A DNA stretch of 63,859 nt, filler included, from Salisapilia sapeloensis CBS 127946 (GCA_023334545.1; 12 parts of 12 records of this genome joined end to end with filler, not necessarily neighbours in it), one strand, 5' to 3'; positions 13,001 through 25,043 are shown, counted from the first letter of the whole stretch. A program made the numbers and translations. The notes: generated by a model from the sequence alone, not told the origin.

Positions 13001-13681
13001 GACGATCGCTGGAACATAAAGTAGAATGAAAAGGCCACTGGGGTGGTGCAGATAGCAACCACAAGTCCTGCTACAAGCATTGAGCTAACATTGGTTGGAC
13101 CCTTCTGCAGTTTGTAAAGCAATGCATTTGCGAACATGTACGTCATTATAGCCGTGAACACAACTGTCAGTCGTTGAGCACGAGTAAAGCTGTTGTCATA
13201 CTTCAGAATGATTGATAGAAGCCCATGCTCTTCTTTCAGTCTCTGCCAAAACCCTTTGCCAGGTGCTTTCATCTTGCTTAAACCATTTGTAGGAGTGCTG
13301 TCATTCGCTTGCTGCAAGAGAGACTGCACTTGGATCTTTCTTTCTTTTTCAACTTGGCTTCCACAAGTAGATGAAAGGTGCCGATCACGATCTCGCTTAT
13401 CACATCGAGTCGCGTACAAAAGACCAAGTCCGTACAATAGATACAAGCTACCAAGCGAAACTAGTAGCACTAGATTATGCTCGACATCTTCAGTTGTGGG
13501 CTCGTGATTGATAACATCCTGTACATGAGACGTGATAAGTGCGATGGATTGCTCGACTTGAGTCGAGAAGTCAGTAAGGTGGTTGCAGGCGCATACAGTA
13601 TACAGACCGTCTGCGGTAGTCCCGTTAACGTAGCAGCCATTGGAAGACCAGTCTCCAATATCACTGTCCCAAAAGCGACAA
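10087..13681 (-). CDS. Polycystin-1/REJ-like multi-pass membrane protein with GPS motif and C-terminal TRAF-type zinc fingers; 5' truncated by gap
   Basis: The frame extends to the gap as CRFWDSDIGDWSSNGCYVNG...CACNHLTDF (GPS), then a TM segment, EEHGLLSIILKYDNSFTRAQRLTVVFTAIMTYMFANALLY (PKD1-like TM block), a coiled coil, further TMs, and CSCG...HQANECPQRIVLCQNGCG...HELSGC...HQSHDC. Confidence 0.8.
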
Positions 13682-13799
13682 NNNNNNNNNNNNNNNNNNN
13701 NNNNNNNNNNNNNNNNNNNNNNNNNTTAATTAATTAANNNNNNNNNNNNNNNNNNNNNNNNNNNNNNNNNNNNNNNNNNNNGAAAGTTCACGGCGGAGC

Positions 13800-15437
13800 C
13801 TACTGACAGCAAGAGACGGATCGGTGGTTGAGCGGCTGGAGCGCTCTGGCGTTCGGTGTTGTGATGGTTTGCCGGAAGGTTTCCAGTTGCTCCAGCGATA
13901 CCTCTGCTTCCTCCGAAAAGACAATCCACTCCACCCCTTCGCTGTACGGAGGAGTCGTGAGAGAGCCTCGGTAGCGGTAGTACGGCCCTGAGATCTCCAG
14001 CGCAGAGGGGTCAATGCGTCCGACCGGGACGGATTCGTCGCTCTTGTTCAACTTCTCCAGGTGGTCCCAGAACTAGAGCAAGTGTGATCGTCAGGAACGA
14101 TGCCTTCAAGATGCTATCGTGCAAATCAAGATCATACCTGCTCCAGAAAAGCGTTGGACTGGCCCTCCCGGAAGAAAATGCCGACCACCGCCAGCGACCC
14201 GTCCTTGGCCGCATGCACCAGGTGCAGCTCCATCGCCTTGGCTTGGCCAGCAACCACGTGCTCACCTACGTGCCTACATCAGTCATACGACCACAAGCGC
14301 AATGAAAGGATCCGTACTCGGCGTGTGGAAATGGAACTGGACAGCCTCGTATACCTTGCCTCGCACCACCAGTCGGTTCGCGCCTCCATCCTTCTGCTCC
14401 GGATCCTGCGCCCAAGTGACTTGGAAGTTCGGCCCATTGGGCTCGATCTTGGCCTCTCCGGACCCAGATGCCAGCTCCACGTCTCCGTCCTGCTGCACCA
14501 GGTTGCACTCATCCGACAAATCGAACAGGTCGATAGGGGACTGCTCCGGGAGGTTCTGGCGGACGGAGACTTGGCGAGAGTGGAGAGTCTGCACTTGTCT
14601 CGCGTTCGACTGGTGGAGCGTCTGGCTGAAGGCGCTGATCTGGCGCTTGGACACCTCCAGCGGCTTCTGCATCACGATCCACTCCACTCCTTCCGTATAA
14701 GGAGGAGTCGTGAGCGATCCCTTGTAGCGGTAGTATGGACCTCGGAGCAGCTGCAGACTCGTCGGGTCCACGTGACCAATGTCGATGCTGTCCGCACTGG
14801 TGTTCTCCACATCCACCTGCGGCAGTTGGTCCCAAAACTACAAGAGGACAGTCAGCACACAGCTTACAGATGAGTGGCAGTGGATTATGCACCTGGTCGA
14901 GGAAAGGGTCAGCTTCACCTTCGTTGAAGAGCACGGCGACGACAGCCATTCCTCCATCTTGCGACTGATGGACAAAGTGGAGCTCCATGGCCGTCGGCTC
15001 TCCGCCGATCGTGTGCTCGCCTGCGCATCATCTCGTGAGTCTCAAGCATCGAAAGTAAGAACCAAAACAAAAGTACTCGGCGTGTGGAAGTGGAACTGGA
15101 CAGCTTCGTAGACAGTATCGCCGAGTGTCAACCGGGTGCCGCCCGTGCCATGTTCCTTCCAGTCCACATGGAAATTTATTCCTTGCGCAGAGATGGCGGC
15201 CGCAGCCGGCCGAGTCTCCACATAGGCGTCTCCAGCCTCCAGACCAGCGACGTCGTCATCCTGGTTGGATAACGGAAGGTCGATGGGGGACTGCATCTTG
15301 CCTTGCACCGAGTCCTTGTTTAACATCGTCGCCTCGTTGTGGACACTATTCTGTCCGACTTTCTGACCAAAGCCTTCGGTCTCCGGCTCGGACGGTGAGG
15401 ATGCGTGGACTCTCAGGGGACAGCACCACGATGGCAT
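13800..15437 (-). CDS. Alpha-carbonic anhydrase with two tandem catalytic domains, 4 introns
   Basis: Domain 1: QSPIDL, QFHFHTPS/EHT, ELHFVH, YYRYKGSLTTPPYTEGVEW. Domain 2: QSPIDL, QFHFHTPS/EHV, ELHLVH, YYRYRGSLTTPPYSEGVEW, NARALQPLNHR. Confidence 0.9.
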
Positions 15438-15622
15438 TTCTGAAACGGATCTGCTGCGCTCTAAACCGAAATGGGCTAAATGAGCTTCTGTCTCAGCCGT
15501 GCACTAGCCGATGTTAAAAATCCCAGACCACCTGGACCCTCACGAATCATCAACAGGCGTCGAGAACGAGGACGAGCAGAGCGAGGGCAGTGCGCCTCCT
15601 ATCCCCATATTTCGTGCGCACA

Positions 15623-16497
15623 ATGGCATGGACATGTAGCGCCTCGTCGAACAATCTGCTAGTGGAGAAGCTGCGGACAGCCAACATCGTCACGTCGGAC
15701 TGCGTGGCGCAGGCCATGAAGCGGATCGACCGAGCTAATTTTCTCCCGCCAGACGCTCCTCCTAACGTCGCTTACAAAGACTCGCCTCAGCCGCTCGGGC
15801 TAGGCCAAACCATCTCGGCGCCGCACATGGTAGCCTGCTCGTACCTTCCAAAGATCTGTTTGCATCGCCGGTATGACTGTGAATGCCTGTAGCACGCCTT
15901 CGCACTGGAGCGAGCGGCCATAGCGCTGGAGGGCGTGCGTGCGCCACGCGTGCTCGACGTCGGCGCCGGCTCGGGGTACCTCACCGCTTGTCTCGGTCGA
16001 CTGGTAGGTGCAGTAAGTCGTGTCTCTACGTGCCACTCTGACTTGTTCCGTGCGCTCTGTGCAGGTGGAGCGGGCAGGCGGCACGGTCTTTGGCATCGAA
16101 CGACTGCCGGCGCTGGTGGACATGGCCACACGGAACGTTCAGCGTGGCGACCAGGACCTCTTTTCGAGGGGCGTTGTCTCCATAAAGCGTATATTTGACT
16201 ATCTATCAGTCGTTGCGATGGAGAGCTAAGTTTATGCCTTGCTATCTGAAACTACCAGAGGCTGATGGCTGGCACGGTCTGCCGGACGAAGGACCGTTCC
16301 ACTTCATCCATGTGGGAGCCGCCGCGGAGGAAGTGCCTCGGAAGCTACTGGATCAGCTGGCAGAGTCCGGCTCATTGCTCATCCCAGTTGGTCGGCAGGG
16401 CGACGTGCAGGAAATGCTGAGCTTCCGTCGGAACGGACAGGAGTTTGCCAGGGAAGAGCTGATGCGCGTCGGCTACGTGCCGCTGGTGCGGGAGTAG
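15623..16497 (+). CDS. PCMT1: Protein-L-isoaspartate O-methyltransferase, 3 introns
   Basis: MAWTCSASSN...IDRANF...AYKDSPQPLGLGQTISAPHM, VLDVGAGSGYLTACL, DGWHGLPDEGPFHFIHVGAAA and YVPLV. Confidence 0.93.
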
Positions 16498-16608
16498 GAC
16501 TGCGGTGCGTCCGCCGGGTAAACGGACGAGAGTTATAACACAAGCAAGTCTTTTGTCTCTGGCAAGCAGCTAGTCTCTTTTGTATTTCAGCAAGTGTCTG
16601 CACCGCAA

Positions 16609-18480
16609 CTAGAACCCCCTGACGACCGTCTGCTGCTTGATGTGCAGAGCATTCAGCTCCTGCAGCATCTGGAGGCAGTCCTGCTTCACGTGGTCGTACG
16701 CCACGTCTCGAGACATGGCGTCGACGAACTCGCGCAGGTGGAAGATGTTCTGCTCCTGATGCCGGAGCTTTTGCTCGAGAGACTCGAGGTTCTTGGCCGT
16801 CTCGTCGTTCGCCAGCTCCGACCGCTGGTCCTCGAGCTGGATCGAGAGCGCGTTCACCTGCTGCTTGATGGCGTCTCGGCGGCGGATGTATTGCTGCTTC
16901 ATCTTCAAGAGATGCTGCTTGGTCTCGTGGTGACCGTCCTTGAGCTCGTCCACCTTGGCAAAGGCCTCCATGTCGCTCGCCATGGTGCCCATCTTCTCCT
17001 CCAGACTGCCCAGCTCGAGCGCGATCTTGGACTCGAGCGAGTTCACCTTGTCCAGCTCGGACTGCCGCTTCTGCATCTCCACCGTCAGCCGCTGCTTGGT
17101 GCTCATGCTCGACTCCATCTGTCTCTCCTTGAAGCTCACCTCTGACTTGATGTCCCCCATCGCCCCTTCGCCTTCTCCAGGAGGAAGCAGCTTGTCCATG
17201 CTCAGGTTCTGCGAGATGTGCTCCAGGAGCTTGACGACCATAGCGCGACTCTGCTCCTGGGCTTTCACTTCGTTGTCTCTCTTCTCAGGGAAGGTGTCCA
17301 GGAACGCGGTCATCTCCTGGTCTCTCTGGAAGAGCATCTCGAACTTTTGCTTCGAGTTGCCTCCGTCCTTGCCCGACTGCTTCTCCTCCAGCTCCGTCCG
17401 AACACTTTCCAGAGCATTCTTTAGCTCCCTCTCCTTCTCTTCTTCCGCCTGCAGCTCTTCGTCCAGACCCTCGATCTTGGCCTTGTCCTCCTTTACGCGC
17501 GCCAAGAGTACTGCCCTCGCCTCGCTCGGGTCCATGAGTGCCGTCCGAGCGTCTTCTTCCGCCGTGTCTCGCTCCTGCCGAAGCGTCTGAACCTGCCGGA
17601 GCAAACGCTCGTAGTCGTCTCGCAGTCGGTCGGTGCCCAGCTCCGCCTCTTTCTGGCCGATCGAATGCATGAGCATCTCCAACTCGCGCGACCGGGCCTC
17701 GATCTCTCGCTCGTTCTGCTCGTTTTCGTTCAGCAGTGTCCGGTAGACCGTGAGCTGCTGAGGAGCGAGCTGGTCGAGCTGTCGCTGGTGCTGCGCTCGG
17801 ATCTGACGTACCTGCTCGTCCATCCTCGCCGCCGCCGCTTCCTGTTCCTGCCGCTGCATGAAGACGCGGTCGATGTCTTCCGCCTCCCTGGCGTTCCGGT
17901 CGCTCAGTTGGTTCTGCACGGCGTGGATCTCGCTCGGATCCGTCGCACTGCGCAGCTTGTCCATGGCCAGATTGTAGTCCGCGAGCTGTCCCTCGAGCTC
18001 TCGCACCTCGTTCACCAGTGTCTCGTACTTGCGTTCCAGTTGGGCGCATTGAGCCTTGTCCTTGGCGTCTTGTGCGATCTCTTGCTGCAGAGAGTTGAGT
18101 TCGTTCGTGGTCTCGGCGATGCGGTTGCGCAGCTTGCCCATGAAGAACGACACGTCCTGCACTTGGCGACCCGGACCGCCGCTCGTTCCCACGCGCATGC
18201 CCATCATGCCTTGCTGGGTTACCGGTCGGTCCGACACATTCACTTCCGTGTTCAGGCTGACTCCGTATCCGGCCGTCTGGCCAGGCGTCGATGGAGGGAT
18301 TTGCCCTGTCCCGAGTCTTCCGGACATTGGCCGACCTCCTGCCGCGGACCCGAGCATGCCACGCTGTCCTGTGCCGGGTCGGATGAGTGGGTTGAGCATC
18401 TGTTGTCCTGTGCCAGGTCGCATGCCCGTTCCCGGGCGCATGCCGGTGCCTGGCCTCATGCCGGTGCCTGGTCTCTCCAT
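16609..18480 (-). CDS. IFT74: Intraflagellar transport protein 74
   Basis: 623 aa. N-terminal RPGTG repeats, DRPVTQQGM, GPGRQVQD, KFEMLFQRDQEMTAF, LEQKLRHQEQNIFHLREFV and a long coiled coil. Confidence 0.92.
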   Translation of the reverse strand: MERPGTGMRPGTGMRPGTGMRPGTGQQMLNPLIRPGTGQRGMLGSAAGGRPMSGRLGTGQIPPSTPGQTAGYGVSLNTEVNVSDRPVTQQGMMGMRVGTSGGPGRQVQDVSFFMGKLRNRIAETTNELNSLQQEIAQDAKDKAQCAQLERKYETLVNEVRELEGQLADYNLAMDKLRSATDPSEIHAVQNQLSDRNAREAEDIDRVFMQRQEQEAAAARMDEQVRQIRAQHQRQLDQLAPQQLTVYRTLLNENEQNEREIEARSRELEMLMHSIGQKEAELGTDRLRDDYERLLRQVQTLRQERDTAEEDARTALMDPSEARAVLLARVKEDKAKIEGLDEELQAEEEKERELKNALESVRTELEEKQSGKDGGNSKQKFEMLFQRDQEMTAFLDTFPEKRDNEVKAQEQSRAMVVKLLEHISQNLSMDKLLPPGEGEGAMGDIKSEVSFKERQMESSMSTKQRLTVEMQKRQSELDKVNSLESKIALELGSLEEKMGTMASDMEAFAKVDELKDGHHETKQHLLKMKQQYIRRRDAIKQQVNALSIQLEDQRSELANDETAKNLESLEQKLRHQEQNIFHLREFVDAMSRDVAYDHVKQDCLQMLQELNALHIKQQTVVRGF

Positions 18481-19388
18481 ATCTAAACGAGCCGACTAGC
18501 AATTCCCGTTTTCAGCGCCAGCGCTTGGGTGACGCTTGGGCACTTCGTACCTTCCGATGTCCCTCCAATTCGATGATCTGAAACCGACATCACCTCGACA
18601 TACCGTGATTTCTCCACGTCCATCGCATGTATTCACGCTTGACATTCCATCTCGAGTTTGCTTTTCACATCGCTATGACTGCCCGGCTGAATCCATTGCA
18701 CCAACTTGGTAAGCTGTTCCGTCCAGACTGAAAGAGATCTCCCAGCAAACTCCTTCNNNNNNNNNNNNNNNNNNNNNNNNNNNNNNNNNNNNNNNNNNNN
18801 TTAATTAATTAANNNNNNNNNNNNNNNNNNNNNNNNNNNNNNNNNNNNNNNNNNNNAAGGTCATCGCAGTGGGCTCGAGCGCGACCATCATCTCGGCGGG
18901 TTACCACTTGGATCCTGGATAGGTGTATGGAGTATTCGTGCGCTGTGTGGCACTCGACTGTATCAAGTTCTTCCTCGAGTGCGTACCTGGCTTCGTCCCT
19001 CTCACACTACAACGTCTCTGGACTGCACACACAGCTCTACCTTGCCGTGAGCACAGCCATGACTTGCCCCGAGCCCAAGCAGAACTTGAAGCTGTGTGTT
19101 TGGCCAATCACTTGAACCTTTTGCCAGAACGCGGATCGGACGTCCACGGCGTCTCTGCATCCGACTCGGTCTCGCAGCCTTCTCACTCCTCCAGACACCC
19201 TTTCGGGCATTATCTACCTCTGCCTCGACCTCGTCCATGGGCGATGATACTCAAACACCTCTCACGCAGAAAATTCCCTTGGCCGTCGGTCGACCGTACC
19301 TCCTATCCTGTCAACAGAGGAGACACCACCAGAACCGAAAGCTCCAGAGCCAAAATCCGAAACCGGCATAATCGAATAAGAGACCAAG

Positions 19389-21350
19389 ATGCTTCGAGTG
19401 GCTGCCAAGAGGTCCGCCAAGTGGACTCGGACGAGCGGAGCAACCAGGGGCTTTGCATCCGGAGCTGCTGACGGCGACAAGCCGGAGGGACACCAAATGG
19501 TGAACCGGTACAGTCGGCGCATCACGCAGCCTCCGTCGCAGTGTGCGTCCCAGGCGATGCTGTACGCGACGGGTCTGGAGGAGGCGGACATGAGCAAGGC
19601 GCAGGTGGGCATCTCGAGCATGTGGTGGGAGGGCAACCCGTGCAACATGCACCTCTTGGACCTGGCGGGCGAAGTCAAGAAGGGCGTGCAGGCGGCGGGT
19701 CTCGTCGGCTACCGCTTCAACACGATCGGCGTGAGCGACGGCATCAGCATGTATGTTGTCTTGTAATCTTTGTAACGAGTCTCTGGTCTAACCGCCGGTG
19801 GAAACAGGGGAACCGACGGCATGAGCTACAGCCTCCAGTCGAGAGACCTGATCGCGGACTCGATCGAGACGGTGATGAGCGCCCAGTGGTACGACGCGAA
19901 CGTGTCGATCCCTGGGTGCGACAAGAACATGCCTGGGTGTCTGATCGCGATGGCGCGAGTGAACCGCCCGTCACTGATGGTCTTCGGCGGCACGATCCGC
20001 GCCGGGTGCTCGAGCGGCGGGCAGAAGCTGGACTTTGTGTCAGCCATCGAGAGCTACGGCAAGTACATGACGGACAACATTTCGGAAGAGGACTTCAAGG
20101 ACATTACGCAGCACGCGTGTCCGGGCCCTGGCGCGTGCGGAGGCATGTACACTGCGAACACGATGGCGACGGCGATCGAGACGATGGGCATGACGCTCCC
20201 GTACTCTTCGAGCGCGCCCGCGACGTCCAAGGAGAAGGCGGAGGAGTGCCACCTGGTGGGTCCGACGGTCCGGAACCTCCTGGAGAAGGACATCAAGCCG
20301 TCGGATATTATCAGCAAGGAGGCGTTCGAGAACGCGATCGCGATCACGATGGCGCTGGGCGGCTCGACGAATGCGGTGCTCCATCTGATCGCCATCGCGA
20401 GGGCCTCTGGCATCTCGCTGACGATCGACGACTTCCAGGAGATCAGCGAGAAGGTTCCGTTCATCGCGGACCTCAAGCCTAGCGGGCAGTACGTGATGGA
20501 GGACCTGCACTCTGTGGGCGGTACTCCGGCGGTGCAAAAGTACTTGATCGAGAAGGGGTACCTGAATGGGGACCTGCCGACGGTGACGGGCAAGACGATG
20601 GCGGAGAACATTCGGGACCTGCCTGGTCTGTCGGACGGACAGAAGGTGATTCACCAGGTGGAGAAGCCGATCAAGGAGAGCGGCCACCTGCGCGTGCTCC
20701 GAGGCCACTTGGCTCCGGAGGGCTCGGTGGCCAAGATCACTGGCAAGGAGGGTCTGGCGTTCACTGGCAGTGCCAAGGTGCGTTGGCGTATCGACTAGAA
20801 GTGTAAATATAGGCTGACGAAGGACTCGTGTAGGTGTACGACTGCGAGGAGGACATGATGGCTGCGCTGGACAGGGGAGAGATCGGCAAGGGCAGCGTCG
20901 TGATCATCCGGTACGAGGGTCCCAAGGGCGGCCCCGGCATGCCCGAGATGCGTACGTTTACATTTGTTTTTTGTTGGCTCACTCTGCTCTTGGAGACTCA
21001 TAACTTTTGATACAGTCGGACCGACGTCGGCCATCATGGGCGCCGGACTGGGCAACGACGTGGCGATGCTGACGGACGGCCGTTTCTCCGGCGGCTCCCA
21101 CGGCTTCATCATCGGGCACATCACGCCCGAGGCGCAGGTGGGCGGCCCCATCGCGCTCGTGCAGGACGGAGACCGCATCCTCGTGGACGCCGAGAACAAC
21201 CGGATCGACTTTGTGGACCTGACGGACGCCGAGCTGGCAGACCGGAAGAAGAACTGGACCGCCCCGCCGCTCAAGTCCACCAACGGGACGCTCTACAAGT
21301 ACATCAAGAACGTCTCCTCGGCATCCGAAGGCTGCGTCACGGACGAATAG
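19389..21350 (+). CDS. ILV3: Dihydroxy-acid dehydratase, mitochondrial (introns 19751-19807, 20778-20833, 20952-21015)
   Basis: [77 protein letters not shown] and [16 protein letters not shown]. Confidence 0.96.
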
Positions 21351-21463
21351 GACTATAAAGAAGNNNNNNNNNNNNNNNNNNNNNNNNNNNNNNNNNNNNN
21401 NNNNNNNTTAATTAATTAANNNNNNNNNNNNNNNNNNNNNNNNNNNNNNNNNNNNNNNNNNNN

Positions 21464-22633
21464 CGTGCCGACGAGGATGATGCTGCCGTTTGTCTTGCCG
21501 CAACCAGAATCATCGGTATTACCATCGCATCCGACCGTGAACGTGATAGCACCGATCAAGTGTCCGATGATCATGCCAACACCGCCGATCAAGAGCAGCT
21601 TTCGACGACCGACGGCATCAACCCAGTACATGGCCGGGATGGTCGACACGAAGTTGACAATGGACACAATCAGGACGGAGAGGACGCCGTCGCCGTAGAC
21701 ATCTTCGAAAATGATACCACCGTACGCGAGCATGGGGTTGATGCCCGTCGCCTGCTGCAGCACCTGGAGACCCATGGCAATAAGAACACGCTTGAGGATT
21801 GATGGCTCCAAGAGATCCTTCCAGGCCACTTCGTTGCCTTCCATTTCGATCGCCTCACCAATGGCTTCGAGCTCGTGGTGAACGTTCTCGGTCTGACGAA
21901 CCTTTTGGAGCGTCTCGCGAGCCTTCTCCTTGCCCTTATGCTTGAAGACCCATCGCGGGGACTCCGGCACGAACCAGATGCCAGCCATAACGACGATAGG
22001 GGCGATGCAGCAGACCGTGAGCGAGATGCGCCATCCGATCTCCGTGTCCTTGACACCTTCATTAATCGCGTTGGCGACGAGAAGACCGGTGACGACCGTC
22101 ATCTGCATGAAACCAGAGAGGAGGCCACGGAGCTCTTTCGGTGCCATCTCCGATCCGTAGAGCGGGAGGGAGAAGGACGAGTTACCGACACCGAGACCGG
22201 CGACGAAGCGGGAGCACAGGAGAGAAGCGTGCTCGTGCGCAGGATTGAAGCCGAGCCAGAACGTACCCACGTTGAAGAGGAGACCGGCCTGGAAGATGGC
22301 GGCACGGCGACCGAATTTGTCGGCGGCTAGTCCACCGAGGATGGCGCCGACGACGCAGCCGCAATTGTAGATCAAGTTGTAGTAAAGCGTAAAGTCGATC
22401 CAGTTGGTCGGTAGATTGGAGGGTTGTGATCTGCAATCGTGTATAGTGTTGCCTCCGTAGTCGACGCAGAAGGATTCGAGGAACGGTATCATGACGAGGA
22501 CACCACCCGTGACACCCTGGTCGTAGCCAAAGTACATGCCACCAAGCGAAGCGAAGATGCACACGACGATCGCATACGTCCGCTTTCCCTGCGTTGGGAC
22601 GTCTTCATGGTCCATGACTTCGTGGTCTGCCAT
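21464..22633 (-). CDS. MFS sugar (hexose) transporter; 3' truncated by gap
   Basis: FASLGGMYFGYDQGV, DKFGRR, YGSEMAPKELRG, PESPRW, QQATGIN and DAVGRRKLLL. Confidence 0.93.
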
Positions 22634-24134
22634 CCTTCCTTGGATAGAGCAAGCGACTTGAGCTGGAACCGAAGAATTGAGGAATGAGGACGGAGCGGAG
22701 CTCGGAGAGGCTGGCAGTCAGTCCGATGGACGTGAAAACCTCTCTTGCGCTATACTTCAAAAAGCTCGGGTTCGCGTTTTTAATCAGTGCACGCTATAAA
22801 TCCACATCGCGAAACGTAATAGTGGTGCCAAACCTGATTCTTGCGGCGGAACTTGAAGCTGCGTCGGCATAGAAAAGAGGCGAGGTCTCGTTTTGACAAC
22901 TGGCGTGGTACTTTCGTGCGCACATTACTACGGATAAAGCGATGCTCCATACAAAAACCAAGCTAGACGATCGGGTCCTCACCAGCTGAGTTGAACTTGT
23001 CACGGCGCATTCCCGATTTGTGTGGCGACGAGATGGGCGAGGTCAGAGCTGGGTTCACCCGGATGGCAGACATGCGCGAGCTGCCTATACTCCGAAACGC
23101 GCTTCAGAATGGCTATTAGCTTGAGATCAAAGCGGAATTCGTTTCGTGTACGAGCCATCTCACCAGCCTGTATGTGGCATGCAGAAAAAAGCACGAGCAC
23201 GCTGGCGATAATAGCTTTGTTCTGACGCACTTGGCCGAGGAAATAGAAGTGCCATCTGCAACATGGTCACATCGCTCTCAACCCGTCCCTAAAATCAATG
23301 GCGGTCCGTGTCTGTGCTGCCCCTCTTGCCGCTTGTCGCGTACAGATAGGACGACCTCAACAAAACGCCGATTGTAAGGATGGCTGTTCAAAGAAGTGAT
23401 TCTACCTCGTACGCAACTGCTTGAAATAGGCTGCTCCTGCCAGTCAATCAGATTACGAAGCGAAACCGACTTCCGTACCTCCTCGATGTAGGTTCGCTCT
23501 GAGTCAAAATATATACATCCTTCTAACAGCTGTTCAATGTATCCATCAAGGATTAATCATGTCGGTGCTTTCATCGCTCTACGGATGACGTGATGAAATT
23601 TACCTGATCTAGACTTCTGCTTTCATCGGCGCGAAAATGCGAAGAAGGTATCGATATACTAAGGTCACATATATATTGAGTGAAGAATAGATCTAGTAGG
23701 TACCGATAAAACAAGCAGCAATGACGTACATTTACACTTAAAGCCATTCTATATTTTTGTCGTGCTGGTCTAGTAGACGTCTACTACGAGTATTATCTAT
23801 TGCTCGATGTCATCATCAAAATCATTCGTTGCGTTTACTCAAAGGAACGTACCATGTACCTGTGCTGCAATTCCAGAGCATTCTGCTTTTGAAATCGCTC
23901 ATAGCTCAATTTCTATGCATGTAAAGAGGTAGAGGACGATGACACGCCTACTAAAGAAGCTTCATCTATTCTCTGTAAGATACATATCATAAAACACATC
24001 ACAAGTAGAAATCGACATCTAAAAATCTTGCTATTGCACTAAAATGCCATCTGTAAAGATGGCATCGTTTAATCGCAAGTATCTTTCGACATGTACACAG
24101 TCTATGGAATAGCGTAAAAACGCTTGGGAGTAGC

Positions 24135-24259
24135 CTAGGCCGTCTGACCCGGCGTCTCGGCGCTGACGTACTTGGGCGAGCTGCCGTACGGCTTCTTACC
24201 CGAACTAAAGAGCGCCTCAATGTCCTCGAGCATGACGCCCATGGTCTCCGGGCAGAAGA
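24135..24259 (-). CDS. C-terminal end of an MFS sugar transporter upstream of the 21464-22633 gene; 5' truncated by gap
   Basis: FCPETMGVMLEDIEALFSSGKKPYGSSPKYVSAETPGQTA* contains the PETKG-type sugar-porter motif. Confidence 0.75.
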
Positions 24260-24359
24260 NNNNNNNNNNNNNNNNNNNNNNNNNNNNNNNNNNNNNNNNN
24301 NNNTTAATTAATTAANNNNNNNNNNNNNNNNNNNNNNNNNNNNNNNNNNNNNNNNNNNN

Positions 24360-25043
24360 ATGGATAGAGCTGTAGACGGCAGCTAACTGAGGCGGATACA
24401 CGACCATGACAATTCCTCTGGAGTCGTTCGCAGCGTGGTTACTCCTATCTAAACTTTCTACTCGCGACCGTGCTTTCTGAATCAGGCGCTCTGATTGTGG
24501 CGCCAACTTGATGTACTCGACTGCGTCTTCGCACTTGAAGCGGACATCCATGGGCGTCACTCCGCAGGTTTCGGACGTGAGGAAGTGCACATCTTTTTTG
24601 TTCACCGTGTCGTATAAATGGCAATAGCCCAAAGAGTTCCCTCTTATGACACGGTCACAAGTTCGATCGATCTGACTACGGCCTGGACATTTGCCAGTGC
24701 CCCTCCATTCCCTGCATTCGTAGTTGAGCTCGAAATCCTCTACTTTTTCGTCAGTCTTACCAAGCGTAGGCGCGAGAGAATGTGGCGATATATTCGATGC
24801 AATAATCTTCGGGTCATGAGCTGAGAGCGACATTGTGTCGACGGTAGGCACTGAACTATTAGGATGGCAGTATGAAAGCAAGCAGAGCAGATTCACAACA
24901 ATAGTCGTGCATACCACCGCCAGCATACTCACGAGCATCTTCCACCTCTTGGGCACTGCTTTCGACGATGCCAGGAAAGGCTTGTGCTCAGTTGATTTAC
25001 GAGGCGATTGGATTGGTACGACAGCGTGCTTCATCTTCGTCAC
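24360..25043 (-). CDS. Type II membrane glycosyltransferase, GT71/Mnn mannosyltransferase-like, N-terminal part; truncated by gap
   Basis: N-terminal TM anchor, a Cys-rich stem (YECREWRGTGKC...CDRVI...GYC...C...FKC) and RGIVMVVYP, which starts the catalytic domain in this oomycete family. Confidence 0.7.

Noticed and set aside
16594-18502. Long overlapping and antisense ORFs over IFT74 (183, 216, 273 and 405 aa)
   Set aside because: These are shadow ORFs expected from high-GC3 coiled-coil coding sequence and show no recognisable motifs.
18857-19238. Possible spliced gene divergent from ILV3 (…GASHGCAHGK/CERDEARYALEEEL…)
   Set aside because: It can be joined by a GT-AG intron, but it has no recognisable domain and is cut by the gap. 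Too weak to call.
20040-20708. Antisense ORFs over ILV3, and similar ones over the GPx, CA and sugar-transporter genes (e.g. 32102-33100)
   Set aside because: Codon-bias artefacts opposite well-conserved genes.
22794-23230. Two short overlapping minus-strand ORFs with hydrophobic N-termini as possible secreted effectors
   Set aside because: No RxLR-dEER or LxLFLAK motif, short length, and no splice or homology support.
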